In this document: positions 1 to 9,628 of the stretch, one piece after another
How positions within the stretch are numbered: position 1 is the stretch's first letter
How the letters are laid out: each line of letters begins with the position of its first letter
Assembly: GCA_035510155.1 (NCBI GenBank)
Contig: DATKHR010000111.1
Coordinates: 3-64,002 of the forward strand
Source of the DNA: Vicinamibacterales bacterium
GTDB taxonomy: Bacteria > Acidobacteriota > Vicinamibacteria > Vicinamibacterales > CAVVIG01
DNA: 64,000 nt
Direction: 5' to 3'
Position numbers and translations under genes: made by a program
The notes under the pieces: model-generated
What the model was told of the DNA's origin: nothing
Seen by the model: the letters and a program-made list of their open reading frames with translations, nothing else
Database searches by the model: none

Positions 1-226
1 CCGCTGTAGCGCTTGCGCCCATCTTGGCGACCGCAACGGGGTGAACGCGTCTCGCCAGATCTGACTGGGGGTACCCCGGCACCGCGGGACGACCCAGTGC
101 CCATCGGGGGAGAAGTCGGCGTTGCGCGGGATGCTGCACGTCGTTACGAAAGGCGAGCGACAGGTGTGAACAGTTGTGAAGAGAAGCCAGCGCGGGTCGG
201 TCGATAATGAGACTTACGGAGCGGGA

Positions 227-925
227 ATGATTCACGCAGGTGATGGGCGAGGCTTTGGCGAAATCGTTTCCTCAGTAGGGACTGCGGCGTTCCTGACGCT
301 GTCGGCCATTCTCGCGCCCGCCACACCCGCCCGCGCGCAGTACGTCCAAATCCAGGCATTCGAGGTGACGCCATTTGTCGGCGCCAGGTTCGGCGGGATC
401 TTCGACATTCAGACGGACCAGCCTTCGCCGATTCAGGCCACCTTGAAGGATGCCACGAGCTATGGTTTCTCTACCGGAGTTCGCTTCGACGATTTCTCTC
501 TCGTCGAATTCCGCTGGACGCGCTCAACGTCGGCGCTGAGCTTCAGCCCTCCGTTCCACAATGTGGGTGCGTCGCTCGGAGACGTGACATTGAACCAGTT
601 TCATGCGGACTTCACCCGCGAGTTCATCGTCCCGGAAGTCAAGGGACTCCGATCGTTTCTGACAGGCAGCGTGGGTGCCACGCACATCGCTGCGGCACAT
701 GATGGCTTCACCCGCTTCTCGTTCGGCTTCGGGGCCGGACTGAAACAGTTCCTCGGCTCGAAGCTCGCCATGCGCGCCGAAGCCGACTGGCTGCCAATCT
801 TGATTGAACCGGAAGTTGGCGCGTGGGCATGTGGGACACTGGGCCTCGGCGGCTGCGTGGTGATCCTGAATGGACGACTGACGCAACAGTTCCAACTGAG
901 CATTGGTCCGACCGTGCGCTTCTGA
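227..925 (+). CDS. Outer-membrane beta-barrel protein (OmpW/OmpA-barrel-like porin family)
   Basis: ORF 176..925. Internal ATG at 227 gives a signal peptide ending ...ATPARA/QY. Alternating hydrophobic beta-strand pattern, Gly/aromatic-rich, C-terminal ...GPTVRF aromatic terminus typical of OMPs. Confidence 0.6.
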   Translation: MIHAGDGRGFGEIVSSVGTAAFLTLSAILAPATPARAQYVQIQAFEVTPFVGARFGGIFDIQTDQPSPIQATLKDATSYGFSTGVRFDDFSLVEFRWTRSTSALSFSPPFHNVGASLGDVTLNQFHADFTREFIVPEVKGLRSFLTGSVGATHIAAAHDGFTRFSFGFGAGLKQFLGSKLAMRAEADWLPILIEPEVGAWACGTLGLGGCVVILNGRLTQQFQLSIGPTVRF

Positions 926-1050
926 AACGCACACCGAGATCCGCGCGGTGCCATTGCCGCGACACGCTGTGTTTTCGAAGGACCGCTGTCCGCCTGAAGG
1001 ATCCGCTCGGACGCTGAAGGTTGTGAACCACGTTCTCCTAGCCAAAGAGA

Positions 1051-2574
1051 TCAAGCGAGCGCGTAGAACAGGTCAACGTAAGAACGAACCGCACCGTCCA
1101 TGCCGGCCACCTTCGGATTGGCGGCTTCGATGAGCCAGTACTCGTCCGGCGCGTGGGCACCCGCACCGTGACCAAGTCCGAACTGGCCCGCGGGCAAGTG
1201 CAGCGGTGGCCCGGTGAAAGTCACGCCGGGCCATGATCCCGCCAGCCTCGGCCATAATAGAGGATCGATCCCGGCTTGATGGTAGGCCGCGAGCATGCCG
1301 GTTACGAGCCGCGAGTCCGGCGGTGTCTCCGTGGGGTCATACCCCCCTGTCATGTTTACCTCGACATCCCCGAAGCCGTGCGTCGCGAGGTGCTTCTTGA
1401 TCAGTTCCAGGGTTTCGGTCGCGGTCATGTCCGGGACAAGCCGCACGTCGATTTTCGCGGTAGCGCGGTGCGGCAGAATGGTTTTCCCTCCTGGGCCTGT
1501 GTAGCCGCCGACCAGTCCTTCGATGTTGATGGTGGGCTGGGAAACGAGCCGGACGAGTGAGTCGTGCCATGACTCGTCCCCGTACCACCGTGACACGCTC
1601 AACGCTTTCTTGGCCGCCGCTTCGTTGCGACGCGGTATCGAAGCCTCGAGGATTTCGCGCAGCTGAGGACTGAGCGGACGCACTCTGTCAAAAAAGCCCG
1701 CAACAGCGGGGGTATGCCCGTCGGCCTTGACAAGCGTGTTGAGCGCCTGTACGAGGTGCCAGGCCGGACTGTCGACCTGCGCCTCGTAACTCGAGTGGAC
1801 GTCCTGGGTCGGCCCACGGCCCCATTTTTCTCCAGACGCCACAATCTCGAGTTCGATAACGCCCTTGGACCCGAGGTTGATTGCGACGGAGCCGTCGAGT
1901 TCTTGGTTGCCGAGCGGAATGACGATGCCAATGGACTTGCGCAGCGCCTCCTCGACCACCGGCTTGAATACGATCTCCCGGAAATTGGGCGACCCGATCT
2001 CTTCCTCACCCTCGCATACAAGCACCAGGTTCACGGGCAACTTCCGACCGGCGGCCTTGAAGGCTTGCAGCGCGGCGAGACAAGCGACCTGTGGGCCCTT
2101 GGTGTTTGTAGCCCCTCGTCCGATCATGATCTTCCCCACTCCGGGCCGCTCGACGATGCGTCCCTCGAGGGGCGGTGCACTCCATTCCGATGCGTCGAAC
2201 TGTTTCACGTCGTACATGAAGTACAGCGCCAGCGTCGTGGCCGCCCCCACGTCGAGCGTTGCGAAAACTCCCGGCTTCCCGGCCGTCGGGATGATGTCCA
2301 CGCGGCCGAAACCGGCTTGACGGGCGAGCCGAGCCACATATTCCGCACCCTTCGGATAATTGCGGTTCTCAGCCGCGATCGATGGAAGGGCGATCCATTC
2401 GCGCAGCATCAGGACCGTGGCGTCGTGTTGCCGAGCGATTTCAGCGACAACGGACTCACGATCTGTGGCGAGGAGGCCGTCGGATCGACCGATTGCGAGG
2501 GCCGCCGCGCCGCCCATGCCGGTGTGAAGGAAATCGCGGCGAGTCACCGTATGGGGTGTGACAGGCATGATCAC
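1051..2574 (-). CDS. M20/M25/M40-family metallopeptidase (dipeptidase-like), Tat-exported
   Basis: 507-aa ORF. Twin-arginine signal TRRDFLHTGMGGAAALAIG. M20-like blocks GRGATNTKGP and VCEGEEEIGS. Conserved His/Asp-rich C-terminus. Confidence 0.8.
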   Translation of the reverse strand: MIMPVTPHTVTRRDFLHTGMGGAAALAIGRSDGLLATDRESVVAEIARQHDATVLMLREWIALPSIAAENRNYPKGAEYVARLARQAGFGRVDIIPTAGKPGVFATLDVGAATTLALYFMYDVKQFDASEWSAPPLEGRIVERPGVGKIMIGRGATNTKGPQVACLAALQAFKAAGRKLPVNLVLVCEGEEEIGSPNFREIVFKPVVEEALRKSIGIVIPLGNQELDGSVAINLGSKGVIELEIVASGEKWGRGPTQDVHSSYEAQVDSPAWHLVQALNTLVKADGHTPAVAGFFDRVRPLSPQLREILEASIPRRNEAAAKKALSVSRWYGDESWHDSLVRLVSQPTINIEGLVGGYTGPGGKTILPHRATAKIDVRLVPDMTATETLELIKKHLATHGFGDVEVNMTGGYDPTETPPDSRLVTGMLAAYHQAGIDPLLWPRLAGSWPGVTFTGPPLHLPAGQFGLGHGAGAHAPDEYWLIEAANPKVAGMDGAVRSYVDLFYALA

Positions 2575-2660
2575 TCCTTGTCGAAGGACGCCAGCGTTAC
2601 GCCACTATAGAGCATCAGACTATGGAGTCAACCTGCGGCGACCTGACAGTCGGAGTGCCG

Positions 2661-4658
2661 TCAGGGCTTCCCGGAGCCTGCCTCCTCTACGAAAACGTAC
2701 TCGTGCTGCGCGTCGCGGGTGATCAGCTGGCGTTTCCCGCCTTTGTCCGCCACGACGAACTCAAACCCGCGTAACGTCGGATCGATTGTGATGAATGAGA
2801 TCGAGCCATCATCGTTCGTCCGCGATGCGACGGCGCTCTTCCACTCGCCGACATCGAAGACAGTCGCGTTGCCTTCCTTAAGGATCTTCACCTCGCCCAG
2901 CGCACTGCTCACATATCGTGGGGCCAGTTTCGCGGCTAACGCAGAGTTTGCCGGCACAACGAGGCGCTCGCGCTCCTTGGCGATTGCCGCTTTTCGCTGT
3001 GCTGCGGCGACTTTCAGCTGATCTTCGGCTTCCGGTTTACCGTCGAACAGCACTTCAAGGAACCTCCGGAGGAGCAGCCCCCGGATGACAGCGCCCGAGT
3101 CGGCGTTGGTGAGGATCACGGCGCCGACGCCGTGTTCGGGCAGCCAGATCATGTCGCTGTGGTATCCGGCGAGGTCCCCACCGTGGTGGACCACCTGGAT
3201 ACCGTACTTGGTGTCGACCATCAGGGCCATCCCATACGTCACGTTCTCACCCACAATCACGTTCGGCTTGTACCGTGCCAGAAGGCTCTCCTGCGAGACG
3301 AGACGCCTGCCGTTCGGGAGCATCCCTTTGGCAAGCTCCATCTCGACGTACCGCGCAAGCTCTCGTGGGCTCGTCCAGACCCCCCCTGCGGGTCGGACGG
3401 GGACGACCGAGTAGTTCAGGTCCATGCGAGCTCGGACCACCTTCCCGTCCACGTCCTCTCCGTGGGGCTGAGCAACGTCACCCTTCAACGCCTTCGCAAA
3501 GTCAAAAGTCGTCGTCGTCATCCCGAGCGGCTCGAAGACCTTCGTCCGCATGGCCTCGTCGTACGCGACTCCCCACTCCTTGCCGGGCACCGCCTGCGCG
3601 CCGCCGATAAAACCGGCGGCGGCCGCCATCAGGTTGCTGTACTGGAAGACCTCCCCGAAGCGGCTGGTCGGCTGCATCGTTCCCAGCAGCTTGATCGCCG
3701 ACGCCGGCGTCGCACTGTCGTACTCGAAGAGCCATTCAAAGTCCTGCCGCGGCATGCCTGTACAAGCGCAGATGAGGTGCTGCACCTGCACCTGCTTCGT
3801 CGTCGCCTCGTCTCCCAGCTTGAACGCTGGGAAGAGTTCCGTCACGGGCTGGTTCCACCGCATCTTCCCCTCGTCCACCAACTCGGCGAGGAGGAGCGTC
3901 GTCAGTGCCTTGGTGTTCGATGCGGCGATGAAGAGTGTATCGGGGCCGATCGGATCCGGCTTGCCCAAGTCCTTCACGCCAAGTCCGCCCGCCCAGACCG
4001 TCTTTCCGCCATCGATGAAAGCCAACCCGACGCCGGGCGTGTCCAGCATCTTCATGCCGCTGGCAACGAACTCCTTTAGAACGGCCAGCCGCTTTTCGTC
4101 CAACGAGTTTGCTTTCTTCCCGGCGAACGCCTCACGGGAATACCCCTTCGGCCGCAGGCTCTGGAGAATAAGCCCCAGCGGCGCGCCGCGCTTTTCGATT
4201 GTCGGTTCGGTCCCGTTTACAACGACCACCGTCCACGCCTCACCGGCTCGCCAAGTGTTGGCGACCACGACGGCTCGCTCGTTCGGCGATGTCTCGTACT
4301 GGAAGGCTCTCCGCTCCTCCCATCCCTCTCGGGCCGCTTGCGGCAGAGCGATCTTGAGGGGCCGCTTGAAGCCGGGCATGTATGCGGCCCACGCAGCGGC
4401 GACGGCAGCCTCAGCGTCCTTCGCCTTCACATCCACGATAACGACGTGCGAATCGGTTTCAGGCGGGTCGAGAACGACCATCGACGCCTTAGTCGTCAAC
4501 GTCCACCCTGCTGGAGCCGTGAAAGTCGCTCCAGCGGGCGTCGCCCGTGGTGAGTCCTCCTTCAATTGTTCGGACGAAGCAGGCGCCACCGTCTGGCCGA
4601 TGACGGGGATACCGATAAGAAGCGTCGCGGCGAGGCCGATGAGGAACCGTCGAGGCAT
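2661..4658 (-). CDS. Serine hydrolase, beta-lactamase/penicillin-binding (class C-like) fold with extra N- and C-terminal domains
   Basis: ORF 2661..4742. Start moved to ATG 4658 (MPRRFLIGLAATLL signal peptide, GGAGG-type RBS at 4661-4670). S-x-x-K active-site motif in FIAASNTKALTT. Confidence 0.8.
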   Translation of the reverse strand: MPRRFLIGLAATLLIGIPVIGQTVAPASSEQLKEDSPRATPAGATFTAPAGWTLTTKASMVVLDPPETDSHVVIVDVKAKDAEAAVAAAWAAYMPGFKRPLKIALPQAAREGWEERRAFQYETSPNERAVVVANTWRAGEAWTVVVVNGTEPTIEKRGAPLGLILQSLRPKGYSREAFAGKKANSLDEKRLAVLKEFVASGMKMLDTPGVGLAFIDGGKTVWAGGLGVKDLGKPDPIGPDTLFIAASNTKALTTLLLAELVDEGKMRWNQPVTELFPAFKLGDEATTKQVQVQHLICACTGMPRQDFEWLFEYDSATPASAIKLLGTMQPTSRFGEVFQYSNLMAAAAGFIGGAQAVPGKEWGVAYDEAMRTKVFEPLGMTTTTFDFAKALKGDVAQPHGEDVDGKVVRARMDLNYSVVPVRPAGGVWTSPRELARYVEMELAKGMLPNGRRLVSQESLLARYKPNVIVGENVTYGMALMVDTKYGIQVVHHGGDLAGYHSDMIWLPEHGVGAVILTNADSGAVIRGLLLRRFLEVLFDGKPEAEDQLKVAAAQRKAAIAKERERLVVPANSALAAKLAPRYVSSALGEVKILKEGNATVFDVGEWKSAVASRTNDDGSISFITIDPTLRGFEFVVADKGGKRQLITRDAQHEYVFVEEAGSGKP

Positions 4659-4887
4659 GGCAACCTCCCTGGTAGAACGGGCGGATTGAAAGAGCATCTT
4701 CACAGACGTGCGGCGGCCTTCGCACAATGACTGATCCGCCATCGCTCGGGCGCCTCGTCACGCACACGGACCTGATGTTGCGGGACCCATGTTATGTCGG
4801 CCTCAGTCTTCTCTCGAAGCTCCTGACGCCTGCGACTGTGACGACGAACAGATAACAGATAGGTAACGAGTAGAGACTACCGTTTCC

Positions 4888-5388
4888 TTACTCCTTGAGT
4901 CGAGGGTTGTGGCCACCACCCCAGTCCTCGAGCCATAGATTGGGCCACTTTTGCCGGAACCTGGCGGCGAGGGCAATGCATTTACGTGCGGCGTCGCTCG
5001 TCGCGGGTTCGAGGACGATGACGTCGATCCCACGCGATCGCATGAACCGAATCGTTTCATCGCTCGACGCATTGGCTACATCTCCAATCACAACGCGCGG
5101 GATGCCGAATTGGACGATGGCACCCGTGCACATGAAGCAGGGCTGCAGGGTGGTGTAGAGCGTTGTGTTGTGGCGGTTCGACATGCGGCCGGCGGCGCGC
5201 AAGGCGGCCATCTCGCCGTGAAGGATGGGATTGCCTTCCTGGACCATCCCGTTGTGGCCTTCTCCGAGCACGTTCCCTGTGTCGCCGGCGACAAGGACGG
5301 CGCCGATCGGGCAGCCACCTTCGGCGTCGCTTTTGGCAGCCAAGTCGAACGCGCGGGTCATGTAGTGTTCGTGTGAGTGGTACATCAT
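4888..5388 (-). CDS. Cytosine deaminase, FCY1/yeast-type (CMP/dCMP deaminase zinc-binding fold)
   Basis: 166 aa. HGEMAAL...TTLYTTLQPCFMCTGAIVQFGIPRVVIG reproduces the H-x-E and P-C-x-x-C zinc motifs and the TTLYTTL block that I recall from FCY1-type cytosine deaminases. Confidence 0.75.
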   Translation of the reverse strand: MMYHSHEHYMTRAFDLAAKSDAEGGCPIGAVLVAGDTGNVLGEGHNGMVQEGNPILHGEMAALRAAGRMSNRHNTTLYTTLQPCFMCTGAIVQFGIPRVVIGDVANASSDETIRFMRSRGIDVIVLEPATSDAARKCIALAARFRQKWPNLWLEDWGGGHNPRLKE

Positions 5389-5473
5389 CGCTTCAGAATC
5401 GCCGCGTTCGAAGTCGGTCCGACACGCATCACGCGGACGCGATCACCTATCAGATGGCCGGACGCGGAGCCGC

Positions 5474-5830
5474 TCAGGCCAACACGCCGAGGGCGTCGGC
5501 GTCGCGCGCGAGTCGTCGATCGCGCGTCGCCAACGTCGCACGACTAACCAAGGTGGATGCTAAGAGATGTAGGTCGATCCAGCCCAAGCCGTGCCCCATG
5601 AGTCGATGCCGATCGAGGAAATGAAGCACTTCCTCGTGCGAGACCACTGTCGCCGACGGTAACTGTTCGAGCAGAGCCAGCACCTCAGTCCGCCGCGGCA
5701 TCTCGCCACATGCGAGCTCGCCGTGAACGAACGGATGGCCCAGCACCAACCCTTCACTGAGCCACTCGACCAACTGACCATCACGCCGGCGGCCGTGATC
5801 GATCCAAATTGAGGTATCGACCAGAATCAT
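5474..5830 (-). CDS. vapC: Type II toxin VapC (PIN-domain ribonuclease)
   Basis: 118 aa. N-terminal MILVDTSIWIDH (PIN acidic Asp). 4-nt overlap with the upstream antitoxin ORF. Confidence 0.85.
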   Translation of the reverse strand: MILVDTSIWIDHGRRRDGQLVEWLSEGLVLGHPFVHGELACGEMPRRTEVLALLEQLPSATVVSHEEVLHFLDRHRLMGHGLGWIDLHLLASTLVSRATLATRDRRLARDADALGVLA

Positions 5831-6036
5831 TGCCGCGTTCGCCGACGCCGTCGCCGCGGCGGTCTGGTCATTGGAAACCGACCGCCCAAGGCGGCCAACC
5901 GCTGCGCGCTGGCTCGCGCAATCAACGCATCGAGCCCAGCGTGGATCAGGGCCGTCTTTTTCGTCAGACCGGTGAGATCTCTGGCGCGAGCGATCTTCTC
6001 GTCATCGAGATTGAGCGTCGTTCGCATCTGCACCAA
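5827..6036 (-). CDS. vapB: Type II antitoxin VapB (DUF2191-like)
   Basis: 69 aa. MRTTLNLDDEKIARARDLTGLTKKTALIHAGLDALI is typical of VapB-type antitoxins. Overlaps the vapC start (ATGA). Confidence 0.75.
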   Translation of the reverse strand: MVQMRTTLNLDDEKIARARDLTGLTKKTALIHAGLDALIARASAQRLAALGGRFPMTRPPRRRRRRTRQ

Positions 6037-6197
6037 TTGTACATCACAATACAGACGTTTAGGCGCGGTGACGAAAGCGACCGTCGCGGTGCCGGTAAAG
6101 AATGGCCGGCCGGCTCGCTTCTCGGCGACTCGTGGTTGGATTCTTCGAGTGAGTCACGGAGGCGTCATGGCCTTTTGTCCGATTTGCGCTCGCAACC

Positions 6198-6386
6198 ATG
6201 ACCCGGACATCGGTTGCCTCGATGCTACCGGTCAGGCGATTCGAGATATGGGGCTGCCGCGTGCGTCGGACCGGGGACAGCATTTCGCCGAACGCGGAGC
6301 GCCATTACAAACGGGCCGCGCTTTGGATCCTGGCTATAGGTGGAGTCTTCCTGTTGATCATATGGCTACTCCGCGGCGTCTCGTGA
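6198..6386 (+). CDS. Possible small tail-anchored membrane protein (hypothetical)
   Basis: 62-aa ORF. C-terminal hydrophobic helix AALWILAIGGVFLLIIWLL. Third-codon-position GC bias is good only in the 3' half. No recognisable family. Confidence 0.25.
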   Translation: MTRTSVASMLPVRRFEIWGCRVRRTGDSISPNAERHYKRAALWILAIGGVFLLIIWLLRGVS

Positions 6387-6575
6387 AGTCCCGAGTCGGC
6401 GACAACGGTGGCACCATCAGGCTGCTCAGGAAAACCCTGGGAGGGCTTATCCGCGGAAGGCGACAACATCAATCGCCGCAACGAACACCCCTCGACAGCT
6501 TACGTTGGTAGCCCGCCAGTGAGTCTGAGGATCCACCGCACGCATCTGTGTCCGAAGAGCAGGGATGGAACGCCG

Positions 6576-7148
6576 TCAGGGGTACAAGAATGTGCGGATC
6601 CAGACATCACCATCGCGCGCGTACCGCTCACGGTGGTGCAATCGAGCCGGATCCCGCGTCCAGAATTCCATGGCGCTCGGAATGACACGGAATCCTGACC
6701 AGAATGGGGGCCGACAGACGGGATGGCCTTCAAAGCGCCGGCCGACCTCGGCGACGCGCTCATCGAGGATGGGCCGAGAGTCCAAGACTGCGCTCTGACG
6801 TGATGCCCATGCTGCGACCTGGAACTCGCGCGGCCTGGTCGCGAAATACGCGTCGGCCTGCTCATCCGACACGCGTTCGACCGGCCCCTCGATCCGGACC
6901 TGCCTTTCGATCGGTGCCCAATAGAAGCACAGCGAGCCGTAGGGGTTGACGGTGAGCGCGCGAGCCTTGCGGCTGTCCAGGTTGGTATAGAACACGAACC
7001 CACGCTGATCGAACGCTTTCAGCAAGACCCAGCGGCTGGAGGGCCGCCCGTCCGGGTCCACCGTGGACAAGACCATCGCCTCAGGCTCGACACACGTCTG
7101 GACCGCTTGCTCGAAGAGATCGCGGAACATCTCGATCGGATCGGCCAT
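6576..7148 (-). CDS. pdxH: Pyridoxamine 5'-phosphate oxidase
   Basis: ORF 6576..7394 trimmed to ATG 7148 (MADPIEMFRDLFEQA). Full-length PdxH-like sequence including VLLKAFDQRGFVFYTNLDSRKA, RQVRIEG, WSGFRV, EFW and the C-terminal ...FLYP. Confidence 0.9.
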   Translation of the reverse strand: MADPIEMFRDLFEQAVQTCVEPEAMVLSTVDPDGRPSSRWVLLKAFDQRGFVFYTNLDSRKARALTVNPYGSLCFYWAPIERQVRIEGPVERVSDEQADAYFATRPREFQVAAWASRQSAVLDSRPILDERVAEVGRRFEGHPVCRPPFWSGFRVIPSAMEFWTRDPARLHHRERYARDGDVWIRTFLYP

Positions 7149-7173
7149 AGAGTTCAGGTGGAGACTCGGGGCA

Positions 7174-8388
7174 TTAGAAAGTCTGCGCCTTGAGCTTGAA
7201 CGTTCCCGCGAGCTCGGGCTGCAGGTCGTTGCCGACGACTCGATGCGCGACGTAATCTCCAAGCATGATCCCGTGCTTGTAACCGTGGCCTGAACCTCCG
7301 CCGACGAGCCAGACGTTTTCAAGCATCGGATGGCGGTCGACGATGAAATGCTCGTCGACGCTGTTCTCGTACTGGCACACTTTGGTTTCGACAACAGGCT
7401 GGTCCCTCAGGGCGGGAAACCATTTGGCGATGAACGTCCGGACCTTGGCAATTTCGTCCGGCGTCACGACGCGTTCCTGCGTGTCGGGGTCGACCGGCAC
7501 GTCATCGAACAACGGCGCCACCTTGAAGCCGCGCCCTTCGATGCTCGCGAAGCCGTACGCGCCCGCGACCGCCCAGTTCGGCAAGTTCGGATAGGTGAAG
7601 CGTTCGTCGCCCGGCGGGGTCCCGATGAAGAATTCTTCGCGCCGCGGCGTCACCAGCTTGTTTCTCAGCACGTCCGGAAAAACCTTCGGCAGCCAGGGAC
7701 CGCAGGCAAACACGAATGTCTCAGCCGCAACCGTCTGTCCCGTCGACAGCGTCAGGTCCCGTAGTCGGCCGCCTGAGTGGCGGCCAGGCTGCGCTTTCGC
7801 AATGATCAGGATGCCGCCCTTCTTCTGAAACGCTTCCGAGACAGCCACACAGCCCTCTCGGGCTTTCAAGACGCCCGTGGCGGGCACATAGAAGCCGAAC
7901 TCGATCCCCTCGACGTTCACCTGCGGATATCGATGTCGCAGCTCGTCGTGAGGAAGGACATGATTTTCCACCTCCAGCCTGTCCAATACCGACTTCGTGC
8001 GGCGCAGGTTGTCGGTCCACTCCGGCATCAATGAGAGCTCACCGGTCTGAAAGAACAGCGTCCTTCCCCACTCGGCTTGCCGGGCCCTCCAACGATCAAG
8101 TGCTTGGAGCACCCAGCGCGTGTAGATCTCACGGTCGCCGTACCCGGGCCTGATCTGCCGCGTCTCGCCGCCCGAACTGGCCCGCGAGTTCCCCCCACCG
8201 TAAGCATCAATCATCGTGACCGGCACACCCATCTCCCGGAGATACAAGGCCGTCCAACCGCCGAACGCCCCCGCACCGATCACAACGACGTCTGGGGACT
8301 GGGCTCGCAGGGGTTGCCGGTCGGCCTGACGAAGTGCCAGCGTGCCGAGAGTGCCGCCCGCAGCCGTGAGAAACCGTCTTCTATTCAT
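7174..8388 (-). CDS. FAD-dependent oxidoreductase (DAO/sarcosine-oxidase family), Tat-exported
   Basis: 404 aa. Tat signal MNRRRFLTAAGGTLGTLAL. Rossmann dinucleotide motif VVVIGAGAFGG. C-terminal GGSGHGYKH block typical of the DAO family. Lies 25 nt upstream of pdxH, so probably co-transcribed. Confidence 0.85.
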   Translation of the reverse strand: MNRRRFLTAAGGTLGTLALRQADRQPLRAQSPDVVVIGAGAFGGWTALYLREMGVPVTMIDAYGGGNSRASSGGETRQIRPGYGDREIYTRWVLQALDRWRARQAEWGRTLFFQTGELSLMPEWTDNLRRTKSVLDRLEVENHVLPHDELRHRYPQVNVEGIEFGFYVPATGVLKAREGCVAVSEAFQKKGGILIIAKAQPGRHSGGRLRDLTLSTGQTVAAETFVFACGPWLPKVFPDVLRNKLVTPRREEFFIGTPPGDERFTYPNLPNWAVAGAYGFASIEGRGFKVAPLFDDVPVDPDTQERVVTPDEIAKVRTFIAKWFPALRDQPVVETKVCQYENSVDEHFIVDRHPMLENVWLVGGGSGHGYKHGIMLGDYVAHRVVGNDLQPELAGTFKLKAQTF

Positions 8389-8504
8389 GGGTAGGCGCAG
8401 TCTACCGCATCGAAACCTCCGGCCGTTATCGTTTCACACCTTCCTTGAACCGTTGCGACGACAATAGTACGCACGTCGGGTTGGCTTTCCCCGAAACGTT
8501 AATA

Positions 8505-9257
8505 ATGGCTTGGGAATCGACTCCTCGTTTGCGGCGGATCTGTTCGAGACAAACCCTATCGGTCGTCTTCATCCTGCCGGCGGTAGCCGGGTTGTTCGCT
8601 GCCTGCAGCCATCCACTCGCGCCGACCGCGTCAGGATCGCCTACGACCGAGGTCGATGCGCTCGAGTTCGTGATTGGCGACGCGGGTCTGTGGCCGCGCA
8701 CCGGCTCCCAGTTCCAGCATCAACTCGTCGACCGGACACGGCGCGAAGTGTGTTGGGTCAAATACGGCCTGCCCTTCATGTTTGAGTGCTGGCGCTGGGA
8801 CGACGAGTGGATCTACCACGCCGTCGATCACGCGCTCGACCGCAGCCGCGCAGGAGAGTCTTACATGTTGACCGACGGACGCTGGTTGCCTCGCATGCTG
8901 GTTCCCGGGCAGGTCTGGACACTCGACGTGCCCTCAAATCGGATTCGATGGTTTTTGCGGGACTGTTCGGAAACGCCGCCAGGCCTCCGCGAAGGGATAC
9001 CCGGAACGGGGCTTTTCCCATATCGCATGAGCGCGTGGCTCGAGCCGGCACGACATCTCGGCGGCTATCTCGGAACGCGCGAAGTGCTGGTGTTGTCGTA
9101 CGCCCCGTACGCGCCCGGCGCAGTGGCATCCGGCGGCGAGCGATTTCTCTTCGGGCGAGGGGCTGGTTGGTATCGTTGGGAGCGAGACGGCAACATCTCG
9201 ACGTTCGCGGACCGCGGCGGGGTCGTCGTCAATCGGACCCCCAGCTGCCTCGACTGA
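8505..9257 (+). CDS. Hypothetical lipoprotein (Trp-rich, unknown family)
   Basis: ORF 8445..9257. ATG 8505 gives a lipobox-like LFAAC|SH signal. No motif recognised. Confidence 0.5.
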   Translation: MAWESTPRLRRICSRQTLSVVFILPAVAGLFAACSHPLAPTASGSPTTEVDALEFVIGDAGLWPRTGSQFQHQLVDRTRREVCWVKYGLPFMFECWRWDDEWIYHAVDHALDRSRAGESYMLTDGRWLPRMLVPGQVWTLDVPSNRIRWFLRDCSETPPGLREGIPGTGLFPYRMSAWLEPARHLGGYLGTREVLVLSYAPYAPGAVASGGERFLFGRGAGWYRWERDGNISTFADRGGVVVNRTPSCLD

Positions 9258-9313
9258 CGGCGGCGCGTCGAGGGGCGTGCACGCCCACGTCCGGTGCCGC
9301 TCTGGTCCGGCCT

Positions 9314-9559
9314 CTAGGGCGCCGTGTACACATCCGACAGCTGAATGCGCCCTGTCTCGAGAAACGTGGCCCGCTGGAAACGTCCCGCCCATTTGTCGTA
9401 AATGATCATCGACCGCCCGTCCGACGTGACGGGCTTCCAGTCATATCGCGGCAGCAGTGCATGGATAAACACCGCGACAGCGATCAGCACCGCCACCATG
9501 AGGAACACGACGGACCGTTGCAGCGTGTCAAGGACCGGGTCAGGCTGTGACTGTGGCAT
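9314..9559 (-). CDS. Small single-pass membrane protein (hypothetical), downstream of the ABC-2 operon
   Basis: 81 aa. One TM helix (VVFLMVAVLIAVAVFIHALL) followed by a ~45-aa soluble tail. Same strand as the ABC-2 permeases, 69 nt downstream. Confidence 0.45.
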   Translation of the reverse strand: MPQSQPDPVLDTLQRSVVFLMVAVLIAVAVFIHALLPRYDWKPVTSDGRSMIIYDKWAGRFQRATFLETGRIQLSDVYTAP

Positions 9560-9628
9560 AGCACGCGCAGTATACGACCTCGGCGCCGGATGACGACACG
9601 CGCTGGAACCGCTGGTGACCGATCATCC

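Noticed and set aside
5972-6511. 179-aa plus-strand ORF upstream of vapB
   Set aside because: Its 5' part is antisense to vapB. It has an Arg-rich composition and mixed codon bias. Only a short segment looks coding, and that is reported separately as a low-confidence mini-ORF.
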